NCBI GenBank assembly: GCA_018664485.1
Contig: JABJOE010000009.1
Location: 76,635-140,634 of the forward strand
DNA: 64,000 bases
Origin: Candidatus Uhrbacteria bacterium
Lineage (GTDB): Bacteria > Patescibacteriota > Patescibacteriia > UBA9934
Direction: 5' to 3'
The position numbers and the translations under genes were made by a program. The notes below the pieces were generated by a model that did no database searches, was not told the origin of the DNA, and saw only the letters and a list, made by a program, of their open reading frames with translations. Of the stretch, positions 1 to 8,036 are shown piece by piece (within the stretch, counting starts at the first letter, position 1; the number at the start of each line of letters is the position of its first letter).

Positions 1-105
1 TCCATACCCATGGTGGAGCGGTTCGATAGTCATGATCTGCTCATGAGCTATGTCGCCGTCCTGGAACGTCATTTTAGATGGTAGGAGGATGTTCTCCATA
101 AACAT
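1..105 (-). CDS. rpoA: DNA-directed RNA polymerase alpha subunit, N-terminal fragment (gene continues past window start)
   Basis: Minus-strand translation from ATG at about 105 gives MFMENILLPSKMTFQDGDIAHEQIMTIEPLHHGYG, matching the RpoA N-terminus (TIEPLERGFG motif region). It is in the expected position after rpsD. Confidence 0.7.
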   Translation of the reverse strand, partial: MFMENILLPSKMTFQDGDIAHEQIMTIEPLHHGYG

Positions 106-123
106 TGCTAAAAATAGTTGAAA

Positions 124-765
124 TTATCGAGAGTAAAATTCAACGATCAGCTTCGGGTCGTAAACCTCCTTGAGATCCTCCCCCTCAGGCAAACTGACAA
201 TCTTTCCGCTTCGGTTTGGCCCATCAGTATGTAGCCAACTTGGAACATTGTAACTTTGTAGGCGTTCATCCAAATCAACGAAAACCTTTTTCTCACGCTT
301 ATTATCACGAATCGCGATTACATCATCCACACGAACTTTGTAAGATGCGATGTTTACCTTCTGTCCGTTTACAGAAAATAGTGCGTGGCTAACCATCTGT
401 CGAGCCTGTGGTCGCGTTTTAGCGAAACCAAGTCTGAACACAACATTGTCCAGTCGAGTTTCTAGCAATCGAGCCAGATTCTCAGACGTATTACCCTGCA
501 TTCGTGTAGCCTTTGAGAAATAGTTTCGGAACTGCTTCTCCATAACGCCGTAAAGACGCTTAGCCTTCTGCTTTTCACGCAATTGCGTTCCATATACAGA
601 AACTCGTGCACGTCGTCGTCGTCCCCCACCTGTTCCGCTTGGGGAATTATGAACACCCGGTCCATATGCACGTCGTTGCATGACCTTCATGACTTTGCCA
701 CCTGTTGAGAGGGCAACACCCTCTCGGCGACTCATCTTTCCTAATTTTTTTAATGTCTTTCCCAT
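124..765 (-). CDS. rpsD: 30S ribosomal protein S4
   Basis: ORF 124..801 trimmed to the internal MGKTLKKLGKMSRREG start. S4 signature along the whole length (YGPGVHN..., KATRMQG). Conserved S13-S11-S4-rpoA order. Confidence 0.95.
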   Translation of the reverse strand: MGKTLKKLGKMSRREGVALSTGGKVMKVMQRRAYGPGVHNSPSGTGGGRRRRARVSVYGTQLREKQKAKRLYGVMEKQFRNYFSKATRMQGNTSENLARLLETRLDNVVFRLGFAKTRPQARQMVSHALFSVNGQKVNIASYKVRVDDVIAIRDNKREKKVFVDLDERLQSYNVPSWLHTDGPNRSGKIVSLPEGEDLKEVYDPKLIVEFYSR

Positions 766-770
766 ATGAA

Positions 771-1271
771 CTAGACACGACGTGGTCGACGAGCTCGGCA
801 TCCATTATGTGGAACCGGAGTCGTCTCACGCATTGATGTAATATTGAAACCTTGTGCATTTAGTGATCGGACAGCCGCATCTCGTCCATTTCCGATTCCC
901 TTTGTGAATACGCTCAACTCTTTGACACCATACTGCTGAGCCTTAGTAGCGAGCTTTTCAACCACTTTTCCAGCTGCATACGGTGTAGCCTTCTTAGGTC
1001 CACGGAATCCGCAGTTACCAGAGCTAGACCAACAAAGTACGTTTCCATTCACGTCGGTGATAGTAACGATCGTGTTATTCAGAGATGACTGAATATAAGC
1101 AAGACCTTTTGGTACCTGCTTAACGGCACGACGCTTACCTTTTGCAGTTCGAAAATACTTCGACTGCTTTTTCGTTGCAGATTCTTTTGAAGTAGAATCG
1201 TCTGAAGCCTTTACAGCCTCACCCTTCTTCTCTTCTGATTCTGCAGTAGATTGTTTTTTTTCTTCACTCAT
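771..1271 (-). CDS. rpsK: 30S ribosomal protein S11 with Lys/Glu-rich N-terminal extension
   Basis: The C-terminal 130 aa match S11 (ends HNGCRARRPRRV). There is an N-terminal low-complexity extension of about 35 aa. Confidence 0.95.
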   Translation of the reverse strand: MSEEKKQSTAESEEKKGEAVKASDDSTSKESATKKQSKYFRTAKGKRRAVKQVPKGLAYIQSSLNNTIVTITDVNGNVLCWSSSGNCGFRGPKKATPYAAGKVVEKLATKAQQYGVKELSVFTKGIGNGRDAAVRSLNAQGFNITSMRETTPVPHNGCRARRPRRV

Positions 1272-1274
1272 AGT

Positions 1275-1661
1275 CTAAGTCTTTGTAAGCGTTCGACGTC
1301 CAGAACCGGCCGTATTTCGCTTATTTCCTCTCACTGTTCGTGAGTTTGTCTTAGTTCTCTGACCATGCACAGGCAGATTGCGAGTGTGACGAACTCCACG
1401 GTAACAACCGATATCTTTCAATCGCTTGATGTTTTGAAGAACCTCACGACGTAACTCACCTTCAACTGTATATTCAGCATCGATAAGAGTTCGGATCTTG
1501 TTAATCTGATCGTCAGATAGATCCTTTACTCTGATACTGTGGTCAACCTGCGCAGCTGTCAAAATCTTCTTTGAAGCTGTTAGACCGATACCATAAATAT
1601 ACGTCAATGAGATCACGACGCGTTTATCAGATGGAATATTTACTCCGGAAATTCGTGCCAT
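1275..1661 (-). CDS. rpsM: 30S ribosomal protein S13
   Basis: [10 protein letters not shown]...GLRH-like motifs characteristic of S13. Confidence 0.95.
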   Translation of the reverse strand: MARISGVNIPSDKRVVISLTYIYGIGLTASKKILTAAQVDHSIRVKDLSDDQINKIRTLIDAEYTVEGELRREVLQNIKRLKDIGCYRGVRHTRNLPVHGQRTKTNSRTVRGNKRNTAGSGRRTLTKT

Positions 1662-1663
1662 AA

Positions 1664-1777
1664 TTATCCTTGACGTTGCTTATGCTTTGGAATTTTACAG
1701 ATTACCCAAACACGACCCTTTCGACGGATCACTCGACAGTCTCGACACATAGGTTTTACTGATGCTCGAACTTTCAT
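1664..1777 (-). CDS. rpmJ: 50S ribosomal protein L36
   Basis: Not in the ORF track (37 aa). Manual translation gives [37 protein letters not shown], the canonical zinc-ribbon L36, 2 nt upstream of the rpsM start. Confidence 0.9.
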   Translation of the reverse strand: MKVRASVKPMCRDCRVIRRKGRVWVICKIPKHKQRQG

Positions 1778-1854
1778 AATTGGGTGTTGAAAATAGTTCT
1801 ATCACAAAGTCATCCTTAAAACTTGGATGACATTGTCAGGCAAGAGATACCGTA

Positions 1855-2070
1855 TCAGAAACGATACGTGATTCTTCCCTTTGTGAGATCATACGGACTG
1901 ATCTCGACTTTGACATCATCGCCTGGCATGACGCGAATACGGAACTTCCGTAGCCGGCCGGCCAATTTAGCGATAACTTCTTGTTCGTTCTCGAGTTTTA
2001 CGCGGAACGTAAGACCAGGCAGAGCCTCCTCTATTGTTCCTCGCATTTCGATGAATTGTTTTTCTGCCAT
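1855..2070 (-). CDS. infA: translation initiation factor IF-1
   Basis: Internal start [19 protein letters not shown]...; 72-aa S1-like OB fold typical of IF-1. Confidence 0.9.
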   Translation of the reverse strand: MAEKQFIEMRGTIEEALPGLTFRVKLENEQEVIAKLAGRLRKFRIRVMPGDDVKVEISPYDLTKGRITYRF

Positions 2071-2162
2071 AACTACGAGCGGAATTCTATCAGAATTAGG
2101 CAAAAAGTACAAATGAACGTTGCGGCACGATTGTATTGCATGTTGATAGTTTAGTCAAGAAT

Positions 2163-4022
2163 CTACTGTGGATCACCCAAAATAGCCTTTATTCGGCGTA
2201 CTCCGGCTGACGAAGCCTGCTCCTTTTTTATCTTAAATTGGCCAAGTTCTGAAGTATTTTCAACATGAGGCCCTCCGCAGATCTCTTTTGAGTAATCTCC
2301 CACAAAATACACCTTAACCTTCCCTTCCATCTGTGCATACTTATCCTCAAATAATCCAATAGCTCCACGCTCTTTTGCTTCATCGACACCCAATAGCTCA
2401 AAATGGACCGGATAAGCAGCCTTAATTTGCTCATTTACAAGCCTTTCAACCTCGACCTTTTCCTCATCTGTCATCTTCTCATCATGTGAGAAATCAAAAC
2501 GAAGGCGTTCTTTGGTGATATTCGATCCACGCTGTGCAACATGATCACCTAAAACAGTACGCAGAGCCTGATGCAGCAAATGTGTAGCTGTATGCAAACG
2601 AGTAGATTCAGCAGAATCATCGGCTAAACCACCCTTAAACTTCTGTTGAGCACCTGCACGTGACAGGTCCTTATGCTTCTGAAACTCTTTCTTGAACATT
2701 TCACGATCTACATCTTGCCCCTCTTCCTGCGCAAGTTCTTCGGTTAGCTCAAGCGGAAATCCGTATGTCTGGTACAAATCGAATGCATCTTTTCCAGAAA
2801 TACTTCCACTCTTATCCCAAACCTTCTTAAACTCTCGGAGACCTTTCTCAAGAGTTTTAGCAAATTTTATTTCCTCTTTTTCTATTTCATCCAGGATTTT
2901 TTCGGATAACTCTGGATATGCTTCCTTATATGTTTCAATATAAGTCTTTGCAACGGCACTTAGAAGTGAATCTCTTACCCCAAGCTGACGAGCAAACCGA
3001 ACCGAACGCCTAAGCAATCGTCGAACAAAATAGCCCTGATCCTTATTAGCAGGGAAAACATTATCTCCTATAAGAAAAGTTGCAGCGCGGACATGGTCAA
3101 GAATTACTCGAAAAGCATAAGTATCCTTAATATCATCTCCATAGACCCTACCACTCACCTGCTCGATAACTTTCTTTGCACCATCGAATAGATCTGTCAT
3201 GAACACATCTGGCGCATCAAGCTTTGCTGCCAAAATACGCTCTAATCCACCTCCAAAATCTACATTTTTGTTTGGCAAGGATTCAAAACCGTCATCCGTC
3301 TTCTGATACTCCATGAAAACATTGTTCCCTATCTCAATGAAGCGGCCGCATTCACAAGTAACCTGACAGTGCTCACCCTTCCATTGCGAAGACTCGTGCA
3401 AACCGTGATGCTCACCAAAGTCCCAGAACATCTCTGAATCTGGACCACCCGGCTCACCACTAGGCATATTTTCTGGCATACCAGTGCGAGACCACCAATT
3501 TTCTTTTTCATCATAGTAAAAAATTCGACCTCCCTGCATACCGTTACTCTCCGCATCATCAACAATCTTTGCATCAACACCAACTTCAGTAAATTTATTT
3601 TGCCAATGCCCTGCCGAAACTTCGTCTCGATCAATCTTACTATTACCACTAAATACCGTAACGTATAAACGCGATGCATCAAGTCCAACCTCCTTTATGA
3701 GAAAATCAAACATCCACGGAATCTGTTCATCTTTAAAATAATCTCCCAAAGACCAGTTTCCCAACATTTCAAAAAACGTTGTGTGACGATTGTCCCCCAC
3801 TTCTTCAATATCTTGTGACCGAAAACACTTCTGAGAATCCGTAATTCGATTACCTGACGCATGTTCTTCACCTAGTAAATATGGAACCATGGGCTGCATA
3901 CCAGACCCAGTAAAGAGCGTCGTTGGATCATTCTCTGGAACCAAAGAAGCGGAAGGAATCTCCGAATGCCCCTTCTCTTTGAAGAAGTCTAAATACTTTC
4001 GCCGTAATTCATTTGCTTTCAT
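2163..4022 (-). CDS. alaS: alanine--tRNA ligase, short form (catalytic plus editing domains, no C-Ala domain)
   Basis: Class II AlaRS motifs at the N-terminus. Editing-domain HxxxH (HTATHLLH) and CGGPH motifs near the C-terminus. 619 aa against about 875 aa for full-length AlaRS. Confidence 0.9.
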   Translation of the reverse strand: MKANELRRKYLDFFKEKGHSEIPSASLVPENDPTTLFTGSGMQPMVPYLLGEEHASGNRITDSQKCFRSQDIEEVGDNRHTTFFEMLGNWSLGDYFKDEQIPWMFDFLIKEVGLDASRLYVTVFSGNSKIDRDEVSAGHWQNKFTEVGVDAKIVDDAESNGMQGGRIFYYDEKENWWSRTGMPENMPSGEPGGPDSEMFWDFGEHHGLHESSQWKGEHCQVTCECGRFIEIGNNVFMEYQKTDDGFESLPNKNVDFGGGLERILAAKLDAPDVFMTDLFDGAKKVIEQVSGRVYGDDIKDTYAFRVILDHVRAATFLIGDNVFPANKDQGYFVRRLLRRSVRFARQLGVRDSLLSAVAKTYIETYKEAYPELSEKILDEIEKEEIKFAKTLEKGLREFKKVWDKSGSISGKDAFDLYQTYGFPLELTEELAQEEGQDVDREMFKKEFQKHKDLSRAGAQQKFKGGLADDSAESTRLHTATHLLHQALRTVLGDHVAQRGSNITKERLRFDFSHDEKMTDEEKVEVERLVNEQIKAAYPVHFELLGVDEAKERGAIGLFEDKYAQMEGKVKVYFVGDYSKEICGGPHVENTSELGQFKIKKEQASSAGVRRIKAILGDPQ

Positions 4023-4147
4023 AATAGAGCCATCGTAGCCGATTTACCCTGTATGATCAAATAAAAATACAGCCGACAATTAATGATCGGCCGCCAATTT
4101 ATCTTAATTTTTGAGTTCTCAGAGATCGTCCATGACGAGCTCATTCA

Positions 4148-4174
4148 AACCCCCGAGATCGCTCGGTGGGTTTA
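4148..4174 (-). terminator. GC-rich hairpin (AAACCCCCGAG-ATCG-CTCGGTGGGTTT) after the last cassette of the array, before alaS
   Basis: Perfect inverted repeat seen in the sequence. The same CCCGAG...CTCGGG hairpin type follows every cassette ORF. Confidence 0.4.
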
Positions 4175-4237
4175 CAGACCTATATTAGAAAGCGGGCCTG
4201 CTAATAACGCTTTTTAGAAAGACTCCTAAAACTCAGA

Positions 4238-4669
4238 CTATGCCCAAAGCTTATTCAAGTCATTGCCGCTGATGAACTCAGGCATGTGAACACCTCTTTT
4301 TGTCTGACGAGAAGCCCTTGCCTGTCTACGAATCAACTGGCAAAGCTCCATTGCCCTGGGCACTTCGTTAGCGTCCACGTGTGCCCCTGAACTCATACGG
4401 CATGTAACACCGCCATCACCGTTCTCCATGTACTTCAACACACCTGGATGACGAACCATCTTAACGCCCAGATCCAGAACCTGCTGATAGGTGATGTCTC
4501 CAAAACCCAGCGCATGTGCCGAAACGACTGTCTGCCTACGACTCGTAGGAAGAGCGCCGTGCCCCAGAAGGGCTGTAGGACGAATTACTGTGACCGATGA
4601 ACCGTCTGCGAACCAAAAGGTCCTCATTCCGAGCTCATCCCTCTGATAAAGCGGCTGATTTTCAGCCAT
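4238..4669 (-). CDS. hypothetical protein, GC-rich cassette A (143 aa)
   Basis: ORF 4238..4762 trimmed to MAENQPLYQ..., which follows the conserved leader repeat directly. The N-terminal extension in the ORF track is just translation of the repeat. No recognisable family. Confidence 0.5.
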   Translation of the reverse strand: MAENQPLYQRDELGMRTFWFADGSSVTVIRPTALLGHGALPTSRRQTVVSAHALGFGDITYQQVLDLGVKMVRHPGVLKYMENGDGGVTCRMSSGAHVDANEVPRAMELCQLIRRQARASRQTKRGVHMPEFISGNDLNKLWA

Positions 4670-4729
4670 ATCGTCTCTTCTGAACCGTAGTTTTGTCCGG
4701 CTCGCAGCGCATCCCTGGGGAGATCCCAG
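4670..4729 (-). repeat. conserved cassette leader, copy A (about 48 nt plus covarying 5-bp hairpin)
   Basis: Gene-strand consensus CAGGGATGCGCTGCGAGCCGGACAAAACTACGGTTCAGAAGTAAAGAGGA then ATG. Four copies at 4670, 5162, 5601 and 6171. Confidence 0.85.
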
Positions 4730-4786
4730 AGTGTACGCATCTAAGCCCCCGAGTGATCGCACTCGGGAGACGCAGTATCTGTGGAC

Positions 4787-5161
4787 CTAAAGGCAAACCG
4801 GATAATGAATCACTCCTGATTGATCAGAAGCTACAGACTGCTCAGCGAGCATTCTCTCAACCTGCCTAACCTTGTCCATATCGCGAAGCACTTGTGTTAT
4901 TCCTTTGTCATCAACCCATTCAAACGCCACTCTGTAGCGACCCTTGAAGTGCTGCCGGAATATCTTCACCCCTCGGACTTCACGAGTTCCAGGAAGGAAC
5001 CAAGTCATAAGGAGTGACAAGAGCCACGGCCACTTCACGAAAAAGTTCGTGAGTCTCGTCTGCTCTCCAACAAGCCTTCTTCCACTGGAGAACCAGATTT
5101 CCAGCTCACCCTGTCCGTTCACTGCCGTGTGAACGGGAACCATTTCCTTGATAGATTTCAT
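4787..5161 (-). CDS. hypothetical protein, GC-rich cassette B (124 aa)
   Basis: The ATG sits immediately after the leader repeat, which ends in an AGAGGA Shine-Dalgarno sequence. No recognisable family. Confidence 0.5.
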   Translation of the reverse strand: MKSIKEMVPVHTAVNGQGELEIWFSSGRRLVGEQTRLTNFFVKWPWLLSLLMTWFLPGTREVRGVKIFRQHFKGRYRVAFEWVDDKGITQVLRDMDKVRQVERMLAEQSVASDQSGVIHYPVCL

Positions 5162-5225
5162 TCCTCTTTACTTCTGAACCGTAGTTTTGTCCGGCTCGCA
5201 GCGCCTCTTTGAAACCAATCAAAGA
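5162..5225 (-). repeat. conserved cassette leader, copy B
   Basis: Near-identical to copy A. The preceding hairpin TTTGA-ttggt-TCAAA covaries with CTGGG-atctc-CCCAG of copy A. Confidence 0.85.
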
Positions 5226-5276
5226 AGAGCGATAGAGCCCCAAAGCGTCACGCGCTTTGGGAAGGTCTGGACCTTT

Positions 5277-5600
5277 TTAGATCCGATCAATTCTTGCCAT
5301 GACACAAATACACCTAATAGTATCACCTAGTTCAAAGATGAAGCGCAGCGTTACCTGTCTAGCAGCTTGAATACAGGTGTAGACCAAAATGTTCATGGCA
5401 CCATCCTCACTGTAATGGCTTCCTGCACGGTACCAAAGTGGACTATCTCTAAGGATTTCGTCCAACTCTGCGAACCAGTCACTATTTCGAGACACCATCA
5501 CTCGATAATGAGACTCGTGAAGAAAGTCTCTCGGAATGAAATTCGGATTAGGCTCGAAGGTTCCATAAGGAACTGGAACTATGACTATAGAGCTACTCAT
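5277..5600 (-). CDS. hypothetical protein, GC-rich cassette C (107 aa)
   Basis: The ATG sits immediately after the leader repeat. No recognisable family. Confidence 0.45.
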   Translation of the reverse strand: MSSSIVIVPVPYGTFEPNPNFIPRDFLHESHYRVMVSRNSDWFAELDEILRDSPLWYRAGSHYSEDGAMNILVYTCIQAARQVTLRFIFELGDTIRCICVMARIDRI

Positions 5601-5661
5601 GTCTTTTTACAGAACCGTGGTTATTTCCGGCTCGCAGCGCATCCCTGAAACGAATTTTCAG
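5601..5661 (-). repeat. conserved cassette leader, copy C
   Basis: The GGGATGCGCTGCGAGCCGG core is conserved. The hairpin CTGAAA-attcg-TTTCAG covaries with the other copies. Confidence 0.8.
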
Positions 5662-5753
5662 AGCTGTGCAGTTGAGCCACCGAGAGAAAATCTCTCGAGT
5701 GACACGAACTTTTGTTTATGCGGTGTTCGTACGTAGAACCGCTAGATATGAAC

Positions 5754-6170
5754 TTATTTTACTGGCGGTCGAAGGAAGCGCTGATCAACCATTTTTTTGT
5801 ACTTTTCAGTTGACAGTTCTTCGTATGTGAGCTGAGTCGGGTAAACAATCCCCTCACAGATACTAGCAGCCTCCTGCTGTCCAGCAATCCGCAACAGGAG
5901 CTCTCTTCGATCGTCTGCGAGTGTGACGTGGTAGCCACCTCTCACGTCCAACCAATAGACAGTGTCACCTTCCTCATCATCAAAGTAAGCCAGAATTCCT
6001 GCAAAGAATCCGTACTCGACGTCATTGAGGACATTGTCAGGATCCTTCACCTTTCCGTACCTGTACTCCGTTCCTTTTGGGGCCCCGCAGCACCTTCCGT
6101 CCAGTGCGAAGATCCATTCTTTTCCGGTGATGATGACCTTGATCAGGTCACTAGATGTGCTATCGGGCAT
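5754..6170 (-). CDS. hypothetical protein, GC-rich cassette D (138 aa)
   Basis: ORF 5754..6293 trimmed to MPDSTSSDLIK..., which follows the leader repeat (…GTAAAGAG ATG). No recognisable family. Confidence 0.5.
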   Translation of the reverse strand: MPDSTSSDLIKVIITGKEWIFALDGRCCGAPKGTEYRYGKVKDPDNVLNDVEYGFFAGILAYFDDEEGDTVYWLDVRGGYHVTLADDRRELLLRIAGQQEAASICEGIVYPTQLTYEELSTEKYKKMVDQRFLRPPVK

Positions 6171-6233
6171 CTCTTTACTTCTGAACCGTGGTAGAACCGG
6201 CTCGCAACGCATCTCTAGAAAAGAACTTCCTAG
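6171..6233 (-). repeat. conserved cassette leader, copy D (first in transcription order)
   Basis: …GATGCGTTGCGAGCCGGTTCTACCACGGTTCAGAAGTAAAGAG ATG. Confidence 0.8.
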
Positions 6234-6366
6234 CTTATGCGTATTTAGGCCCCCGAGATAACTCGGATGTAAAAAAACTGGCAACCACAACAATTAAGTC
6301 GTAATCCCAGTAATCTGATCGCTGGTTCAGAGATATATTGTCTGACAATTCTTTACCTCTGAGACA

Positions 6367-6395
6367 AGGATAGCATAAAATCGCACTTTTGTCAA
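6367..6395 (-). promoter_or_regulatory. putative promoter of the cassette array (TTGACA, 17 nt, TGcTATCCT)
   Basis: Gene-strand ACTTGACAAAAGTGCGATTTTATGCTATCCT. About 24 nt are identical, spacer included, to the promoter at 18625 and highly similar to the one at 29905. Confidence 0.45.
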
Positions 6396-6427
6396 GTACG
6401 ACCGAACAAATAAATCGCTTATCTTAG

Positions 6428-8035
6428 CTAATTTTGTTCCAAAATTGCCTCTTCGGGGTGATTTTTACGCATAATCTTTCGGCGAAGTCCGCTAACTATA
6501 TTGAGTAGCTCCTCGCTTTTGAACAGATAAGCAATTGATACATAAACAAGAAGTCCAGCGCCACCTGCAACCAACAATTGAGCGAAAACGCCAACAAATG
6601 TATCGAGTGTAATCCACTCAACTACAACACCCTTAACAATCTGAGTAACGACCCCACAGCATGCCGCAGCAGCCACAAAGACCAATAGAGACTTTGCAAT
6701 GTGCAACTCGCCCAAGCTCCCCATCTTCACACGTAACCACCCCCATAGGAAGACGAACTGAATGACAACAGCAATCGAATATGCAGCGCCTAATCCGATT
6801 ACACCAAATTCTTGGGTTAATAACACCGCGGCAAATCCATGAAATACAGCCGCGAACGTTCCTATTATAAACGGAGCAACTGTCTGCCCACGTGAAAAGT
6901 ATACTCGCACCAATAAGTAAATTAGCGCCTGGATAGTCAGCGTCATAGCAAAGAGCCCCAATGTGTTCGCGGTAAGAATTGTAGCCTCCCAGTCGAATTG
7001 ACCAGCACCCACCACTAAACGGACAACCTGCGCACGAAGCATGATGAATAGAACTGTTGCAGGAACTAAAAAGAATAACATCTGCCTTGCCGTGGATGAG
7101 ATCGTTTGTACAAACGCTTTCTTCTTTTTATCATTCGCCAACTCGCACAATGTCGGATACGCAGCTATAGCGTACGACACCCCAATGATCCCAACTGCAA
7201 AAAAGTTCAAATTATATGCGAATTGCAAAACCGTTACTGACCCTACAGCTAACGTTGAAGCGATAGCAGTCATCAAAAAGATATTCACCTGCCCCACCGC
7301 AAGACCTAGGGTTCTCGGCATCATATGCTTAAGCGTATAGATAACGTCTTTGTCTTTGAGAACTAAACTAAATTTAAAACGATGACCAAGCGCCCTCGCC
7401 CCCATCCATTGCGTAAACATATGCAATGCGGCTCCGATAACAACACCCCAAGCCAGACCTATCGGCCACTCTTCCGTTGCAATCCATACAGCTCCAACGA
7501 TAATACCTACATTGTAAAAAATTGGAGCCAGCGAGTATATAAAGAACCGCTTAGCACCCTGTAGCACCGATCCGTAGATCATAGACACGGACAAAAGGAA
7601 CTGAGCTAAGAACATCACACGGGACATGTCAGCGACCATATCAAGCTTAGCCTGCGAGAATCCAGGGGCAACCATGGCGGCTAATGGATCGGCCGCAACC
7701 ATCATTATAAGCGTCACTACACCAAAACCGATAGCAACCAGTGTAAGCATGGTGTTTGTAAATTTCCACGCCTTCTTTATTCGTTTTTTGTGATAGTACT
7801 TTGTAAAAATCGGAATGAAACTAGCAGAAAGTGCTCCCACGACAATCATCTGAAACATCAAATCAGGAATCCGAAATGCTGCAAAATACACATCTAAGAC
7901 ATCAGAAGCTCCAAACAGTCCAGCCAAGATTCTATCGCGAACGAATCCTACAAGACGAGACAGAATCGAAAACAGTGCAACAATTGCTGCTGCACTTGTA
8001 ATCGTATTAGATTTTCCTGAGAGCCATGAAAACAT
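6428..8035 (-). CDS. murJ: lipid II flippase MurJ (MviN family)
   Basis: 535 aa polytopic membrane protein. The N-terminal VGFVRDRILAGLFGASDVLDVYFAAFRIPD is characteristic of MurJ. Confidence 0.85.
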   Translation of the reverse strand: MFSWLSGKSNTITSAAAIVALFSILSRLVGFVRDRILAGLFGASDVLDVYFAAFRIPDLMFQMIVVGALSASFIPIFTKYYHKKRIKKAWKFTNTMLTLVAIGFGVVTLIMMVAADPLAAMVAPGFSQAKLDMVADMSRVMFLAQFLLSVSMIYGSVLQGAKRFFIYSLAPIFYNVGIIVGAVWIATEEWPIGLAWGVVIGAALHMFTQWMGARALGHRFKFSLVLKDKDVIYTLKHMMPRTLGLAVGQVNIFLMTAIASTLAVGSVTVLQFAYNLNFFAVGIIGVSYAIAAYPTLCELANDKKKKAFVQTISSTARQMLFFLVPATVLFIMLRAQVVRLVVGAGQFDWEATILTANTLGLFAMTLTIQALIYLLVRVYFSRGQTVAPFIIGTFAAVFHGFAAVLLTQEFGVIGLGAAYSIAVVIQFVFLWGWLRVKMGSLGELHIAKSLLVFVAAAACCGVVTQIVKGVVVEWITLDTFVGVFAQLLVAGGAGLLVYVSIAYLFKSEELLNIVSGLRRKIMRKNHPEEAILEQN

Positions 8036-8036
8036 C

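Noticed and set aside
4670-6233. Considered whether the four evenly spaced repeats at 4670, 5162, 5601 and 6171 form a CRISPR array.
   Set aside because: The spacers are 380-520 bp and fully occupied by SD-preceded ORFs. The repeat is about 48 nt with an embedded RBS and is not palindromic in the CRISPR manner. No cas genes are nearby.
4670-6233. Considered calling the repeats integron attC sites.
   Set aside because: I could not find the R''/R' core pair (RYYYAAC … GTTRRRY) in the expected geometry. The conserved block sits 5' of each ORF and includes the SD. No intI-like integrase lies in the window. Left as an integron-like hypothesis to be tested with a covariance model.
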